Source: Patescibacteria group bacterium (GTDB lineage: Bacteria; Patescibacteriota; Microgenomatia; UBA10105; UBA927). Taken from it: a DNA stretch of 64,000 nucleotides. The notes under the pieces were generated by a model. The model had not been told where the DNA came from. It did not search any database and was given only the letters and a program-made list of their open reading frames with translations. This document shows positions 1 to 9,147 of this stretch, in pieces. The position numbers and the translations under genes are program-made. The stretch's first letter is position 1; every line of letters starts with the position of its first letter. Where the stretch lies: positions 408,150 to 472,149 of the forward strand of contig JBMOPU010000012.1 of NCBI GenBank assembly GCA_049322955.1, written 5' to 3'.

Positions 1-8
1 TGGCCAAA

Positions 9-530
9 TTGCTCGTGCTTCCCACGGGAGAAGAACCGACACTTGCTTCGGTAACGGATAAGGAAAAACTCAAGGATCAGCCATTTTTTGCCAAAGCGGA
101 AAACGGTGATAAGGTATTGATCTACACGGAGGCAAAAAAAGCGATTTTATACCGCCCGTCCCAACACATTATCGTTGAAGTCGCCGCGGTGAATTTAGGT
201 ACTCCCTCGGCAACCGTCGCCGATAAATCTCCCGATAAAAAAACTCCCCATACCTTTGTACTCTACAACGGTACTGACGTTACCGGCTTTACAAAAACGT
301 ATGAGGCGACATTAAAAGCATCGGTGGCATCCGCGGTCATCGTTGATCGCGATAACGCGGCAAAACGCGATTACGATACCAGTATGTTGGTTGATTTGAG
401 CGGGACAAAGTCTGCAATTGCGGCGGAGTTGGCCAAAACGCTCGGGATGGCGGTGAGTACACTTCCCGCGGGGGAAACGAAGCCGTCGGGAGCGGATTTC
501 CTGATAATTTTGGGTGACGACAAAAAGTAG
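9..530 (+). CDS. LytR_C (LytR C-terminal) domain protein; may start upstream of the window
   Basis: C-terminal half resembles the LytR_C fold (VLYNGTDVTGF...ADFLIILGDD ending). The N-terminal about 65 aa is paralogous to the next ORF (PFFAKAENG.KVLIYT...VNLGTPS). Confidence 0.45.
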   Translation: MLVLPTGEEPTLASVTDKEKLKDQPFFAKAENGDKVLIYTEAKKAILYRPSQHIIVEVAAVNLGTPSATVADKSPDKKTPHTFVLYNGTDVTGFTKTYEATLKASVASAVIVDRDNAAKRDYDTSMLVDLSGTKSAIAAELAKTLGMAVSTLPAGETKPSGADFLIILGDDKK

Positions 531-546
531 TATATACTAATGTTCT

Positions 547-939
547 ATGGATAAACGGCCGGTGATCATTGCATTTGTCATTCTTTCGCTTCTTGCGATC
601 GGTGGATCGGGGGCAGGAATTTACTATTATTCCGAATACCAGAAATTATCCCAGCGCACCAGGAATCCCCAGGCGGAAATTAAGGAAGTTTTAGGCAAAG
701 TCGGCAAGCTCATTGAGCTCCCTGAAGGGGAAGAGCCGACGGTTGCTACCGTCCAGGATGCGGAACAAATTCGTAATCAACCGTTTTTTTCGAAAGCACA
801 AAACGGACACCGGGTAATCCTTTATACCAATGCGCGGCTTGCCATCCTTTTTGATGAAAAAGCCAATAAGCTGATCAATGTCGGGGCCGTCAACGTCGGT
901 ACGCCGTCGGGTTCTCCGGCTCCGACTCCCGGTCTATAA
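547..939 (+). CDS. membrane-anchored paralog of the N-domain of the preceding LytR_C protein
   Basis: N-terminal TM helix (IIAFVILSLLAIGG). Conserved block ELPEGEEPTVATV...QPFFSKAQNGHRVILYT...VNVGTPS mirrors ORF 9..530. Confidence 0.4.
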   Translation: MDKRPVIIAFVILSLLAIGGSGAGIYYYSEYQKLSQRTRNPQAEIKEVLGKVGKLIELPEGEEPTVATVQDAEQIRNQPFFSKAQNGHRVILYTNARLAILFDEKANKLINVGAVNVGTPSGSPAPTPGL

Positions 940-1102
940 GTCGCTCCCGTTCTTGGTTTTTCACACAAACTACGGTACAATCTTCCTATGTCGGGGAGGA
1001 GTATTTCGACACGCGTTCCTTCATTGCGCGTCGAAGAGACTCCCGGCAAGTTATAGACACGATTGAAGGAAAGGAGATTGAAATAACCATCGCGTAGCAT
1101 GC

Positions 1103-1465
1103 ATGGTCGAAATTTCACTACCCGGTATGCAAAATTTTCATGATCAGAAACTGTGGCAGGATGCGTTTGTGGTACTTATGGAGGTGCACGACACCTTTGA
1201 TGACATGCGGGAAGGACAAAACGAGGAAATCGTTGAAGACGTGATCGGATCGGCGACCAATGTGGCCGCAAAGATCGCCGACGGTCTGTCCCGGGCTGAT
1301 CGCAGATTCGGTCGCCAGGTGCTCCTTGACGCCATTGGCATGATTGCCATGGTACGGACCCATTTGGCCGTTTCGTGGGGTCGGGGATTGGTCTCTGATG
1401 AACAATTCCGCTCGATGGACGACAAGTATGCCGCACTGACGGCAAACGTGCAGAATGCCCGTTAA
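1103..1465 (+). CDS. four-helix-bundle protein (23S rRNA intervening-sequence protein family)
   Basis: 120 aa, all-helical. The NFHDQKLWQDAFVVLMEVHDTF pattern matches the IVS four-helix-bundle family. Confidence 0.55.
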   Translation: MVEISLPGMQNFHDQKLWQDAFVVLMEVHDTFDDMREGQNEEIVEDVIGSATNVAAKIADGLSRADRRFGRQVLLDAIGMIAMVRTHLAVSWGRGLVSDEQFRSMDDKYAALTANVQNAR

Positions 1466-1580
1466 ACAAAGCGTCAATCAGTGATTTTCCCGCCGAGCGC
1501 ATCGTGACAGCATGGGTGTATGCTCCCGCCGGCGTATTTCCCCCTTTACAAGGATTTCTCGCGCCTGGTAGCCTGTCTGT

Positions 1581-2225
1581 ATGGCAGATATCGACGTGAT
1601 TGCGGGAGTTGCGGAAAAAGATTGGGATTCGTTTGCAAACAAAGTGATCTTTGCATCCGCGCAGGTGAAGTGGATTCATGTGACGATAGCAGACGGTACC
1701 ATGGGTACGGATGCGACGCTTACCGATTTTACGAAACTCCCCGACCTTATGGCGGAATTGCCGCATCTTTCCTTTGAGGCGCACCTCGTTTGCGCAAATC
1801 CCGAAAAATATGCCCACGCGCTTACCGATGCGGGTTTTACGCGGCTTATCGCACACGTCGAGTGTAACGATCCGCGGCGCTTCCTTGCCGAGGCAAAGTA
1901 CGATGAGGTGGAAGTGGGGATAGCGATGGACGGGGCTACCGAGATTGAGGAAGTCGAACCGTTTCTTGAGGAAGTGGACTTTGTCGTGGTAATGTCCGCC
2001 GAGGCGGGGGCAACCGGGGGTACGTTCCTCCCTGAAGCGGTCGAAAAGGTGAAAATAATCCGTCAGAATCTCCCGGATCTTCCCATTGAGGTCGTTGGGG
2101 GGATCACCGAAAGCACCGTCAAATCGGTCAAAGACGCCGGCGCCACGCGGATCGTATCCACCGCCTACCTGTTCGGGCATCCCGAGGGAGTCGAGGCGGC
2201 AGTGGAGACTTTAGCCTCGGCATAA
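1581..2225 (+). CDS. rpe: ribulose-phosphate 3-epimerase-like
   Basis: WIHVTIADG resembles HVDVMDG. VVVMSAEAGATGGTF resembles the NPGFGGQ motif. IEVVGGI resembles EVDGG. Length about 214 aa. Confidence 0.6.
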   Translation: MADIDVIAGVAEKDWDSFANKVIFASAQVKWIHVTIADGTMGTDATLTDFTKLPDLMAELPHLSFEAHLVCANPEKYAHALTDAGFTRLIAHVECNDPRRFLAEAKYDEVEVGIAMDGATEIEEVEPFLEEVDFVVVMSAEAGATGGTFLPEAVEKVKIIRQNLPDLPIEVVGGITESTVKSVKDAGATRIVSTAYLFGHPEGVEAAVETLASA

Positions 2226-2254
2226 TAGCCCATAGTTGTATAATTCGCTTCACT

Positions 2255-3082
2255 TTGCTATACTCGTGGCTTCGTATGCGGGAAACCCTCCCTCCGATAG
2301 CCATCAGCTGTGATGATCTCAATTCCGTCCGTGCGCTCGATAATATTGAGAGGACAGGCCTTCCCGTCCACGGTGACGTCATTGTGACGAATGTGCGACG
2401 GTTTCAGGATGTGAAACAATTTGTCCGTGAAAACCGTCCCCGGATTGCCCGTACGGAACCCGGGGTGCATATTTCGCTTTTTGAGGGTGATTTTCCTGCG
2501 GAAACAACGGGGACGCAACTTTTTGGGGAAGCGGGGCTCCTGCATCGCATGCTCCACGAGGCAGAGGGTGAACATGCGCACCTCTCGCGCCATTTCCGTT
2601 CACACTTCAACCGGTGGGCGGCGCAAGCGCTGGGTAAGCATGAACAACGTATCCGGGACGAGATGCACCGGCAGATCGATGTCTGGAAACAGCTTTTCGG
2701 GGAAGAAGCCAAATATCTGTCCTACCATTTCGGGATGCATTTTATTCCGTTCCTTCATGCAACCTACGTTCAAGTGGCGAATGAGCGGGGCATTCCCTAC
2801 CGTCACGCCACGCAGTACACCGGCATGCCCGCACGCGGCGCACTTGCCGTGTACGACGGGCTCAATGATCCGGACGTGACCGGCAAACGGGTACTTACGG
2901 CACTCGAGAAAATCCAAAAGCGCAGAAGGCCGACGGAGATCATGGTGCATTTCGGGGAATCAGGCTACGGCGGAGCACAAACCAGGGCGTTTCTCGATCC
3001 GCGGGTTCGGGAAGAAATTTTCCGCTGGCATATCGAAATGCCGCATACTATTTGGAGTCGGTTGCAAAATGGCAACAAGTGA
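2255..3082 (+). CDS. hypothetical protein
   Basis: 275 aa ORF without recognisable motifs. A YdjC-like deacetylase was considered but the NADDFG motif is absent. Confidence 0.35.
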   Translation: MLYSWLRMRETLPPIAISCDDLNSVRALDNIERTGLPVHGDVIVTNVRRFQDVKQFVRENRPRIARTEPGVHISLFEGDFPAETTGTQLFGEAGLLHRMLHEAEGEHAHLSRHFRSHFNRWAAQALGKHEQRIRDEMHRQIDVWKQLFGEEAKYLSYHFGMHFIPFLHATYVQVANERGIPYRHATQYTGMPARGALAVYDGLNDPDVTGKRVLTALEKIQKRRRPTEIMVHFGESGYGGAQTRAFLDPRVREEIFRWHIEMPHTIWSRLQNGNK

Positions 3083-3089
3083 TTGAATG

Positions 3090-3854
3090 CTACTCACCCG
3101 CTTCCGTGTTATCGATTGCAACGGAAGGGGATACGATGGGAATAGCATGTGACGTACCGATTCGATCGACCCCAACGGCAAAAAATGCCTCTGCCTGTTC
3201 CTTAGTGCTTACTCCGCCCGCCACTTTTATTTTCATCTCAGGTACCGCTTCTTTGATGATGCGTACATCCTCAACCGTCGGGTTCCGGGGGCCCATACCC
3301 GAGCCTATTTTCACAAAATCCGCTCCCGACTGTGCAATATAACGGGCAACTTCCTGCATTGCGTCTATTTTATTTGGGAGATTGTCAAAGTAGCCGGGGT
3401 CAAGAATAAATTTGACGATAACGGGCTTGCCCAGCATACGGGCGGCTTCGATGACCTCTGTCATTTCTGCAAGAAACCCCTGGGTATCACCTGACACATA
3501 TCGTCCGAGGTTGGGGACGACGTCGAGTTCGTCGGCGCCGTCGCTGACGGCTCGATTTGCCGCGGCGGTTTTGACACTTGGCGCATCCTGACCCAGAGGA
3601 AATGAAATCACACAGCCGACTTTTGCACTCGTTGTTACGATGGATTTTGCATAGGAGACATACGCGGGATTGACAAAGGCCGTATGAAATCCGTACTTGA
3701 GCACGGCCTTACAAAGTGTTTGTATATCCCGGGGAGTTGCGTTTGCGCGATGGTTGGCAAAGTCGAGGCGCGGGGCAAGGTCATCCATATAGAGAGTGTA
3801 GCATAGATTACCAAGGAGAGGGATTTCAAGAATATTGATTGCAATATACGGCAT
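3090..3854 (-). CDS. deoC: deoxyribose-phosphate aldolase
   Basis: Motifs ADELDVV, VIVKFILD, ADFVKIGSG (Schiff-base Lys context), IKVAGGV and GVDRIGTS. The true start may be the internal Met (MDDLAPRL). Confidence 0.75.
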   Translation of the reverse strand: MPYIAINILEIPLLGNLCYTLYMDDLAPRLDFANHRANATPRDIQTLCKAVLKYGFHTAFVNPAYVSYAKSIVTTSAKVGCVISFPLGQDAPSVKTAAANRAVSDGADELDVVPNLGRYVSGDTQGFLAEMTEVIEAARMLGKPVIVKFILDPGYFDNLPNKIDAMQEVARYIAQSGADFVKIGSGMGPRNPTVEDVRIIKEAVPEMKIKVAGGVSTKEQAEAFFAVGVDRIGTSHAIPIVSPSVAIDNTEAGE

Positions 3855-3989
3855 CGTGTATTAGGATACGTTCACCTGCTCAACTATTTCTTTTATGGCT
3901 TCATCGAGGCGACGCGAGGCGTCAATAGAAAACGCGCAGTACGATAGGCACTTTGCCGGAGACGACATCTTTGGCGGTCAGGTGCGACA

Positions 3990-4225
3990 TCACCGCGTGG
4001 GGATGCGGACATTTCAAGACGGCGGGGTTACGACCAATTTGCGGGGGATGCATTTTGCCTCCGGAGGCGTTGCGGATGCCCGCGCGGTGCACCTCGACGG
4101 AACGGGCCAAACACTCACACAGATAAAAACAGAACTGACCCGTCGGGGTATCCGTAAAAAGGGAGATCGTATTCACGAGGTACGGATGGCTTCGGGAGGC
4201 GGAGGCATTTTTGTGTTACTCAGCC
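3990..4225 (+). ncRNA. candidate structured RNA in a 450 bp gene-poor gap (weak RNase P RNA-like P4 elements)
   Basis: AAGACGGCGGGG and ACAGAACTGACCCGTCGGGG resemble the two strands of RNase P helix P4 (AAGUCCGGGC / ACAGAACCCGGC). GCCTCCGG...GGAGGCGGAGGC can pair. The overlapping ORFs on both strands look non-genuine. Confidence 0.2.
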
Positions 4226-4308
4226 CCGCACCCCTTAATCCTGAGGCATCGCAAAACGTCGATTTCGACGGTCAGGACGATTAGGGTTCCACGCGGTATA
4301 ATTGCCTC

Positions 4309-5304
4309 ATGTCATTTGCAAAACTCTGTGTTGCCGGAACATTTGACGGACTGCATCGCGGCCATGAGGTTCTTTTGTCGCGCGCGTTTCTTGAAGGCGA
4401 ATACGTACTCATTGGAATTACCTCCGATACGTATACAAAACGATACAAGCGACCGGGTATTCGCCCGATGCATCTTCGGATAGCCGAACTTACCGACTGG
4501 TTGGCGTCACACGGATATACGAAACGGGCGACGATTATTGCTATTGACGATCCGTTTGAACCGGCCGCGACACGAACGGATCTCGATGCGCTTGTGGTGT
4601 CGGAAGACTCCCGGAGTCGTGCGGACGCACTTAATGCCCTACGGAACAGTCGCGGGCTTGCTTCGTTATCGCTTATCGTCGTCCCCATGGTTCTGGCATA
4701 TGATACCAAGCCAATTTCCACGACAAGAATACGACAGGGAGTTATCGATAAAACGGGGAAATTACGTATGCCCGATTCGCTTCGAACGACACTCTCGTAT
4801 CCGTTAGGAGAGGTATTGCATCAGAACACGCTTCCTCGCTGGTGGGCAACGCATAGCGGAGTACCGTGTTATACCGTAGGGGATATGACGACCTACACGG
4901 TGCTTTCTCGGGGTATTGTACCGAAGGTTATGGTGATAGACCATCGAGTCAATCGCTCGCCTTTTACGCGCCATATATCGCTTCTTTCCGGGATAGCCAA
5001 AAAGACCATGAATGTATCAAGCGGCCCGGGATTTATCAGTGACACCGCACTCACCGCCATCCGCACTGCCATGACATCGGTTTCTGGCCTGCCGATCGTT
5101 ATCGAGGTGAACGGGGAGGAGGACTTGCTTACCATTCCCGTTATCATGGAAGCGCCGATCGGGTCGTTCGTCTATTATGGTCAGCCAAAACTTCCTGATA
5201 TAGCAATCCAAAACGGTATTGTGGCAGTTCCCGTGACTCGTGAGACAAAAGAAGTCGCAATTGCCCTCCTTCGTCGGTTTGTTACCTCGGGACATTCCTC
5301 TTGA
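4309..5304 (+). CDS. bifunctional archaeal-type phosphopantetheine adenylyltransferase / GTP-dependent dephospho-CoA kinase (DUF359)
   Basis: N-terminal GTFDGLHRGH (HxGH nucleotidyltransferase) plus ISTTRIR, typical of archaeal PPAT. C-terminal TVGDMTTY...IVPKVMVIDHRVNR matches the DUF359/COG1909 signature. Confidence 0.6.
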   Translation: MSFAKLCVAGTFDGLHRGHEVLLSRAFLEGEYVLIGITSDTYTKRYKRPGIRPMHLRIAELTDWLASHGYTKRATIIAIDDPFEPAATRTDLDALVVSEDSRSRADALNALRNSRGLASLSLIVVPMVLAYDTKPISTTRIRQGVIDKTGKLRMPDSLRTTLSYPLGEVLHQNTLPRWWATHSGVPCYTVGDMTTYTVLSRGIVPKVMVIDHRVNRSPFTRHISLLSGIAKKTMNVSSGPGFISDTALTAIRTAMTSVSGLPIVIEVNGEEDLLTIPVIMEAPIGSFVYYGQPKLPDIAIQNGIVAVPVTRETKEVAIALLRRFVTSGHSS

Positions 5305-5332
5305 TCCGCACTTTGGAATACGGGATACTTAA

Positions 5333-6199
5333 ATGACGATGGCAAAATATGTTCCCGATGTCGGCTCGCGTCGGTGGGTGATTATCGCCCCCGGGAGAAC
5401 CGCCCGTCCGTCGGAGGATAAAAAGAAAAAAGAAGAAACGGCGCCGCAGTGTCCGTTCTGTGTGGGGAACGAGCATCTGACGCCTCCCGAGTTGTATCGA
5501 ATCGGCGGTGGGGAAAAAGATATGCCCGGTTGGCAGGTGCGGGTGGTACCGAATAAATATCCGATTACCGACACTCATGAGGTAATTATCCATAGTACCG
5601 ACGATACCCTCGATATTGAAGATCTTCCTGTAGAGCAGGTTACACGGATTCTTATGGCATACCGGGATCGGTATCGGGCGCATGATGATGCCGGGCAGGT
5701 GCTTATTTTCTGTAACCACGGTTTTGCGGCGGGAGCAAGTCTTAAACACCCGCATTCGCAACTCGTGGTCATCCCCAAACAGATTAATCTTGATGCGGTA
5801 TCCCGGGAGCCCGTTGCAAACGTCGTGGAGGATAATACCTATTTTGTCACGTATTGTCCTGATTTTTCGCAATGGCCGTTTGAAGTATGGATCGCACCCA
5901 AAGTAGCAGGAGGCGGGAAATTCAGCGGCATCACCGATGGGGAAATAACCGATCTTGCGCGTGTCCTTCAGAATGCGTTACGTCGCATCCGCTCGGTACA
6001 AACGGCAGGAAATGTTCGCTCGGTACATGAGGGGGCATTTGTGTATAACTTTTACATATCCCATGCGGACAACTGGTTTATCCGCATCACCCCGCGATTT
6101 GTCCATCGGGCGGGATTTGAGTTAGGGACGGGGCTTAACGTGAATGTTATCGATCCTACCGAGGCCGCCAAAATCCTCAAAGAAGTGGCGGTTGGATAG
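5333..6199 (+). CDS. galactose-1-phosphate uridylyltransferase family (HIT-like nucleotidyltransferase)
   Basis: CPFC zinc motif and the HPHSQ active-site histidine motif. About 288 aa. Confidence 0.6.
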   Translation: MTMAKYVPDVGSRRWVIIAPGRTARPSEDKKKKEETAPQCPFCVGNEHLTPPELYRIGGGEKDMPGWQVRVVPNKYPITDTHEVIIHSTDDTLDIEDLPVEQVTRILMAYRDRYRAHDDAGQVLIFCNHGFAAGASLKHPHSQLVVIPKQINLDAVSREPVANVVEDNTYFVTYCPDFSQWPFEVWIAPKVAGGGKFSGITDGEITDLARVLQNALRRIRSVQTAGNVRSVHEGAFVYNFYISHADNWFIRITPRFVHRAGFELGTGLNVNVIDPTEAAKILKEVAVG

Positions 6200-6563
6200 G
6201 ACCAAGATGAAGCGAAGGATCTCGTGGTAGCGTTTTTACCGCTCGCGCTTCGATAGGGCATCCGCCGGCTCCCTTGGGAATCGGACACCCCTCACAAATA
6301 ATCAATCCGTCACGGAACGGCGTTTTTGTTCGGGCAATGATACTTTTATCTTTCCGGGCGCTTTTATAGACGGTCAGACAATGGGCGCCGTTTGCTTTTT
6401 CCCAGAATGACCGTTGTCCCATACCGCTCGGTTTGAGGGTATCAATCGTGTTGGCACGGTCATCCGCAAGCGGGGGAGGAGTGGACACATCGTCCCAAAG
6501 CTCCAATCCGTCCACACGGACGAACATCTCGTGGTTATAAAATCTCATAGGGTTACAACACAA
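6177..6563 (-). CDS. hypothetical protein
   Basis: ORF with CEGCP...GGCP cysteines. No confident family assignment. Slight 3' overlap with the galT-like gene. Confidence 0.3.
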   Translation of the reverse strand: MCCNPMRFYNHEMFVRVDGLELWDDVSTPPPLADDRANTIDTLKPSGMGQRSFWEKANGAHCLTVYKSARKDKSIIARTKTPFRDGLIICEGCPIPKGAGGCPIEARAVKTLPRDPSLHLGPIQPPLL

Positions 6564-6636
6564 AAAAGCTCATGACGCGCATGAGCTTGGATGTAAGGGA
6601 TATTATACCCTATAGTAATATTTTCGTCAAAAAGGA

Positions 6637-6837
6637 CTATATTGCGCCTTTTTGCTGTTGACCCAAGAGCCACAGCACCGCTTCCTTCTTATATCGACGG
6701 TCTCCGCGTGAATTGATGCGGATGGCGGGGAGCTTGCCTCGCTTACCCCAGCGTTTGATGGTAAGGGGAGAAACACGCAATATCTTTGCGACTTCCCGAA
6801 CAGTTAATAAATCTGGCCATTCATCACCGAGTGCCAT
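6637..6837 (-). CDS. excisionase/MerR-family helix-turn-helix DNA-binding protein
   Basis: 66 aa, LTVREVAKILRVSPLTIKRWGKRGKLPAIRI matches the excisionase-family HTH. Followed by an AT-rich non-coding stretch. Confidence 0.5.
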   Translation of the reverse strand: MALGDEWPDLLTVREVAKILRVSPLTIKRWGKRGKLPAIRINSRGDRRYKKEAVLWLLGQQQKGAI

Positions 6838-7218
6838 ATACGTTTTATCGTTATTTCATTCCATCGTTCCTTCCAAAAGAAACGAAGAAGAAATACGATT
6901 CCTTTCTGAGCAGGCAACCCCATACGATCATGGGACATTATCTTTTCCGATCACAACAGTACATGAGAACATCAAACCTTGTCAATAGGGAGTCGCAAAA
7001 TATTATGCAAAAAAAATAAATTGTGGATAACTTATGGAAAAAAATATTATTTTGCGACATGTGATAATTCCGCCTGCGCGCGACTGACCGTCATGATGGC
7101 ATACAGGCAAGTATTTTCGATATACGACCACGGTGTGATGAAGGTATATTCGGGACCGGGAGTAAAAAGTACAGGATATCAACGAAGATGTGGAGCAAAC
7201 GAACGCACTGTTTGTAGA

Positions 7219-7881
7219 TTAACGCTTCTTTAACGAGGCAATCATCGCATCGACTTCGGCAATGACTGTCGGATCAACGGGCAGACCGGTGGTAAGACTC
7301 ATATGGCCGAATCCCGTCGGCTGTCCGTAGGTTTCCGTTCCTTTTTGACATACGGTGTAGCCCTTTGTAGTGCCGTTGTTGGTGTTTGTTGTTCCTCGGC
7401 GAAGCATGACGCCGTCAGCGGTCTGTAACTCGACGTATGAGTCATATCGCGAGCTCGGGCCTTCGAAGTCGGCATCATCGGGATACAGACACATGGCGCC
7501 TCCGGTAGCGGCTTGAAAAATCTTAAAAGTAGTGGTTCCCTTGGTGAGAATGAGCGTGTCCACCCAGGTGCCTTCGTTTGTGGTGGTGTGTGAAGGCGTC
7601 CAGCCCTGCGGAACCGTCAGCTGATATTTGGTAAAGCTGAGTCCCGATTCGGCACCGACACCGGCGGTGACGATCGTGGTTTTCTTATTTTCTTCCGGGA
7701 GTTTTTCCGGCATCAGGCCGGGATCAATCGTCGGTTCTGCCGTGGGAGTAACGGCCGTTGCTACGGTTCCCGATTCGGGTGACTGTGTCTTTCTTCCGAG
7801 CATATACGCACCGTATGAGACACCTCCCAAAATCGCAAGGACAAGTACCGCTTTACCCAAGAATGAAAAGAATTTATCCAT
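7219..7881 (-). CDS. hypothetical membrane-anchored secreted protein
   Basis: N-terminal TM (AVLVLAILGGVSYGAYML) then a Thr/Gly-rich extracellular region. Confidence 0.45.
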   Translation of the reverse strand: MDKFFSFLGKAVLVLAILGGVSYGAYMLGRKTQSPESGTVATAVTPTAEPTIDPGLMPEKLPEENKKTTIVTAGVGAESGLSFTKYQLTVPQGWTPSHTTTNEGTWVDTLILTKGTTTFKIFQAATGGAMCLYPDDADFEGPSSRYDSYVELQTADGVMLRRGTTNTNNGTTKGYTVCQKGTETYGQPTGFGHMSLTTGLPVDPTVIAEVDAMIASLKKR

Positions 7882-7931
7882 TGCGGAAGTATTGTTGCAG
7901 GTTAATTGTATGTTGTCAAACAGTCATTGGC

Positions 7932-7958
7932 ACAAAAAACCCCGCCATAGGCGGGGCT
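7932..7958 (-). terminator. rho-independent terminator downstream of rplL
   Basis: Minus-strand hairpin CCCCGCC-TAT-GGCGGGG followed by TTTTTTG. Confidence 0.6.
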
Positions 7959-7980
7959 CTTTGTGAATAATAAGAAATTC

Positions 7981-8370
7981 TTATTTAAGCTCGACTTTTG
8001 CGCCAGCGGCTTCAAGCTTTTTCTTTGCTTCTTCAGCGGCTGATTTGGCGGCTCCCGTAACCACTTCTTTCGGAGCGGATTCGACGAGCGTCTTTGCTTC
8101 CTGGAGACCCAAGGTCGGGACGAGTTCGCGGACCGCTTTAATAACCCCGATCTTGTTTGCTCCTGCATCCGTAAGAACGACATTGAAGGAAGTTTGTTCT
8201 TCTTTGGGTTCTCCTGCGTCAGCAGAGGCTGCTGCGGCTCCTCCTGCAACGGCAACGGGAGCGGCGGTGACACCAAATTTTTCTTCAAGTGCTTTGACCA
8301 AATCGGAAAGTTCCAAAACGGTCATCTCTTCGACGGCTTGCATGATTTCATCTTTCGATAATTTTGCCAT
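7981..8370 (-). CDS. rplL: 50S ribosomal protein L7/L12
   Basis: Full-length match to L7/L12 architecture (MAKLSKDEI...Ala-rich hinge...KVELK). Confidence 0.9.
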   Translation of the reverse strand: MAKLSKDEIMQAVEEMTVLELSDLVKALEEKFGVTAAPVAVAGGAAAASADAGEPKEEQTSFNVVLTDAGANKIGVIKAVRELVPTLGLQEAKTLVESAPKEVVTGAAKSAAEEAKKKLEAAGAKVELK

Positions 8371-8402
8371 AGTATAGTGTCACCTCCTTTCAGAATAATG
8401 TG

Positions 8403-8918
8403 TTAACTGGTCTTTTTCCCTTTAATAGCGTTTAATGCCCAGACTAATTTGTTCATATTCCACTGTAATGCGTAGTGCAGTCCCTGGATCGGGGCATTGA
8501 GCTGACCTACCAGTTTGCCGAGCAATACTTCGCGTGACGGAAGCGTTGCAAGTTTCGCAATATCACTTTCATTCATGACGACCGCTCCCATGAGCCCGGC
8601 CTTAGGTTTGCCGACGCCCGCCGCTTTAAAGAACTTTAACATTTCCTTAAGCGGCGCCACTTCATCCTGATACGCAAAGAGGACGGCCGTTTCATTGTTG
8701 AGCGGTTCTCGTATGGAATCTGCCCGTTCGCCCAAAGCGCGGAGGATAAGGCGATTTTTGGCGATCATGAATTCACCGTTGGTCTTTTTGAGATTTCGGC
8801 GGAGTTCTTCAAGCTGTTTGTGCTTTAATCCGCGGTAATCCGCAAGCACCATAACCTTTGCTTTGCCGACTTTGTCGGTAAGAGCTGCTACCGTATCGAT
8901 TTTTCGTTGTGTTGCCAT
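8403..8918 (-). CDS. rplJ: 50S ribosomal protein L10
   Basis: Typical L10 sequence and length (171 aa), directly upstream of rplL. Confidence 0.9.
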   Translation of the reverse strand: MATQRKIDTVAALTDKVGKAKVMVLADYRGLKHKQLEELRRNLKKTNGEFMIAKNRLILRALGERADSIREPLNNETAVLFAYQDEVAPLKEMLKFFKAAGVGKPKAGLMGAVVMNESDIAKLATLPSREVLLGKLVGQLNAPIQGLHYALQWNMNKLVWALNAIKGKKTS

Positions 8919-8928
8919 AGTACCTCCT

Positions 8929-9147
8929 AATAAAAAAATACCCCGCCTAAAGCGGGGAATGCGTTTCTTCGCCTATCGTTTATTCGTTACATCGGAACAT
9001 GCAATGTAACAACGTTACGAGTCGTGCGAGCAAACAAGATTCCTTCGGTAGGACTTATTGAGTGACGATATCCCGCCTAGCGGAATTTCACTTCGCTCAA
9101 CCTACTGTCTTTAGGATAACTTTATTATAACAGAAAAATGAGATTAA
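8929..9147 (-). promoter_or_regulatory. putative rplJ leader / attenuator region
   Basis: About 220 nt untranslated leader. Hairpin CCCCGC-TTTA-GGCGGGG plus T-run sits immediately before the AGGAGG RBS of rplJ. The position matches the known L10(L12)4-binding leader. Confidence 0.35.

Noticed and set aside
1176-2180. 334 aa minus-strand ORF
   Set aside because: It is antisense to the rpe-like gene and the four-helix-bundle gene. It has an Arg/Pro/Gly-rich composition typical of GC-rich antisense frames.
2255-3082. YdjC/ChbG-type carbohydrate deacetylase assignment
   Set aside because: The diagnostic NADDFG and HxDxH motifs are absent. It is kept as hypothetical.
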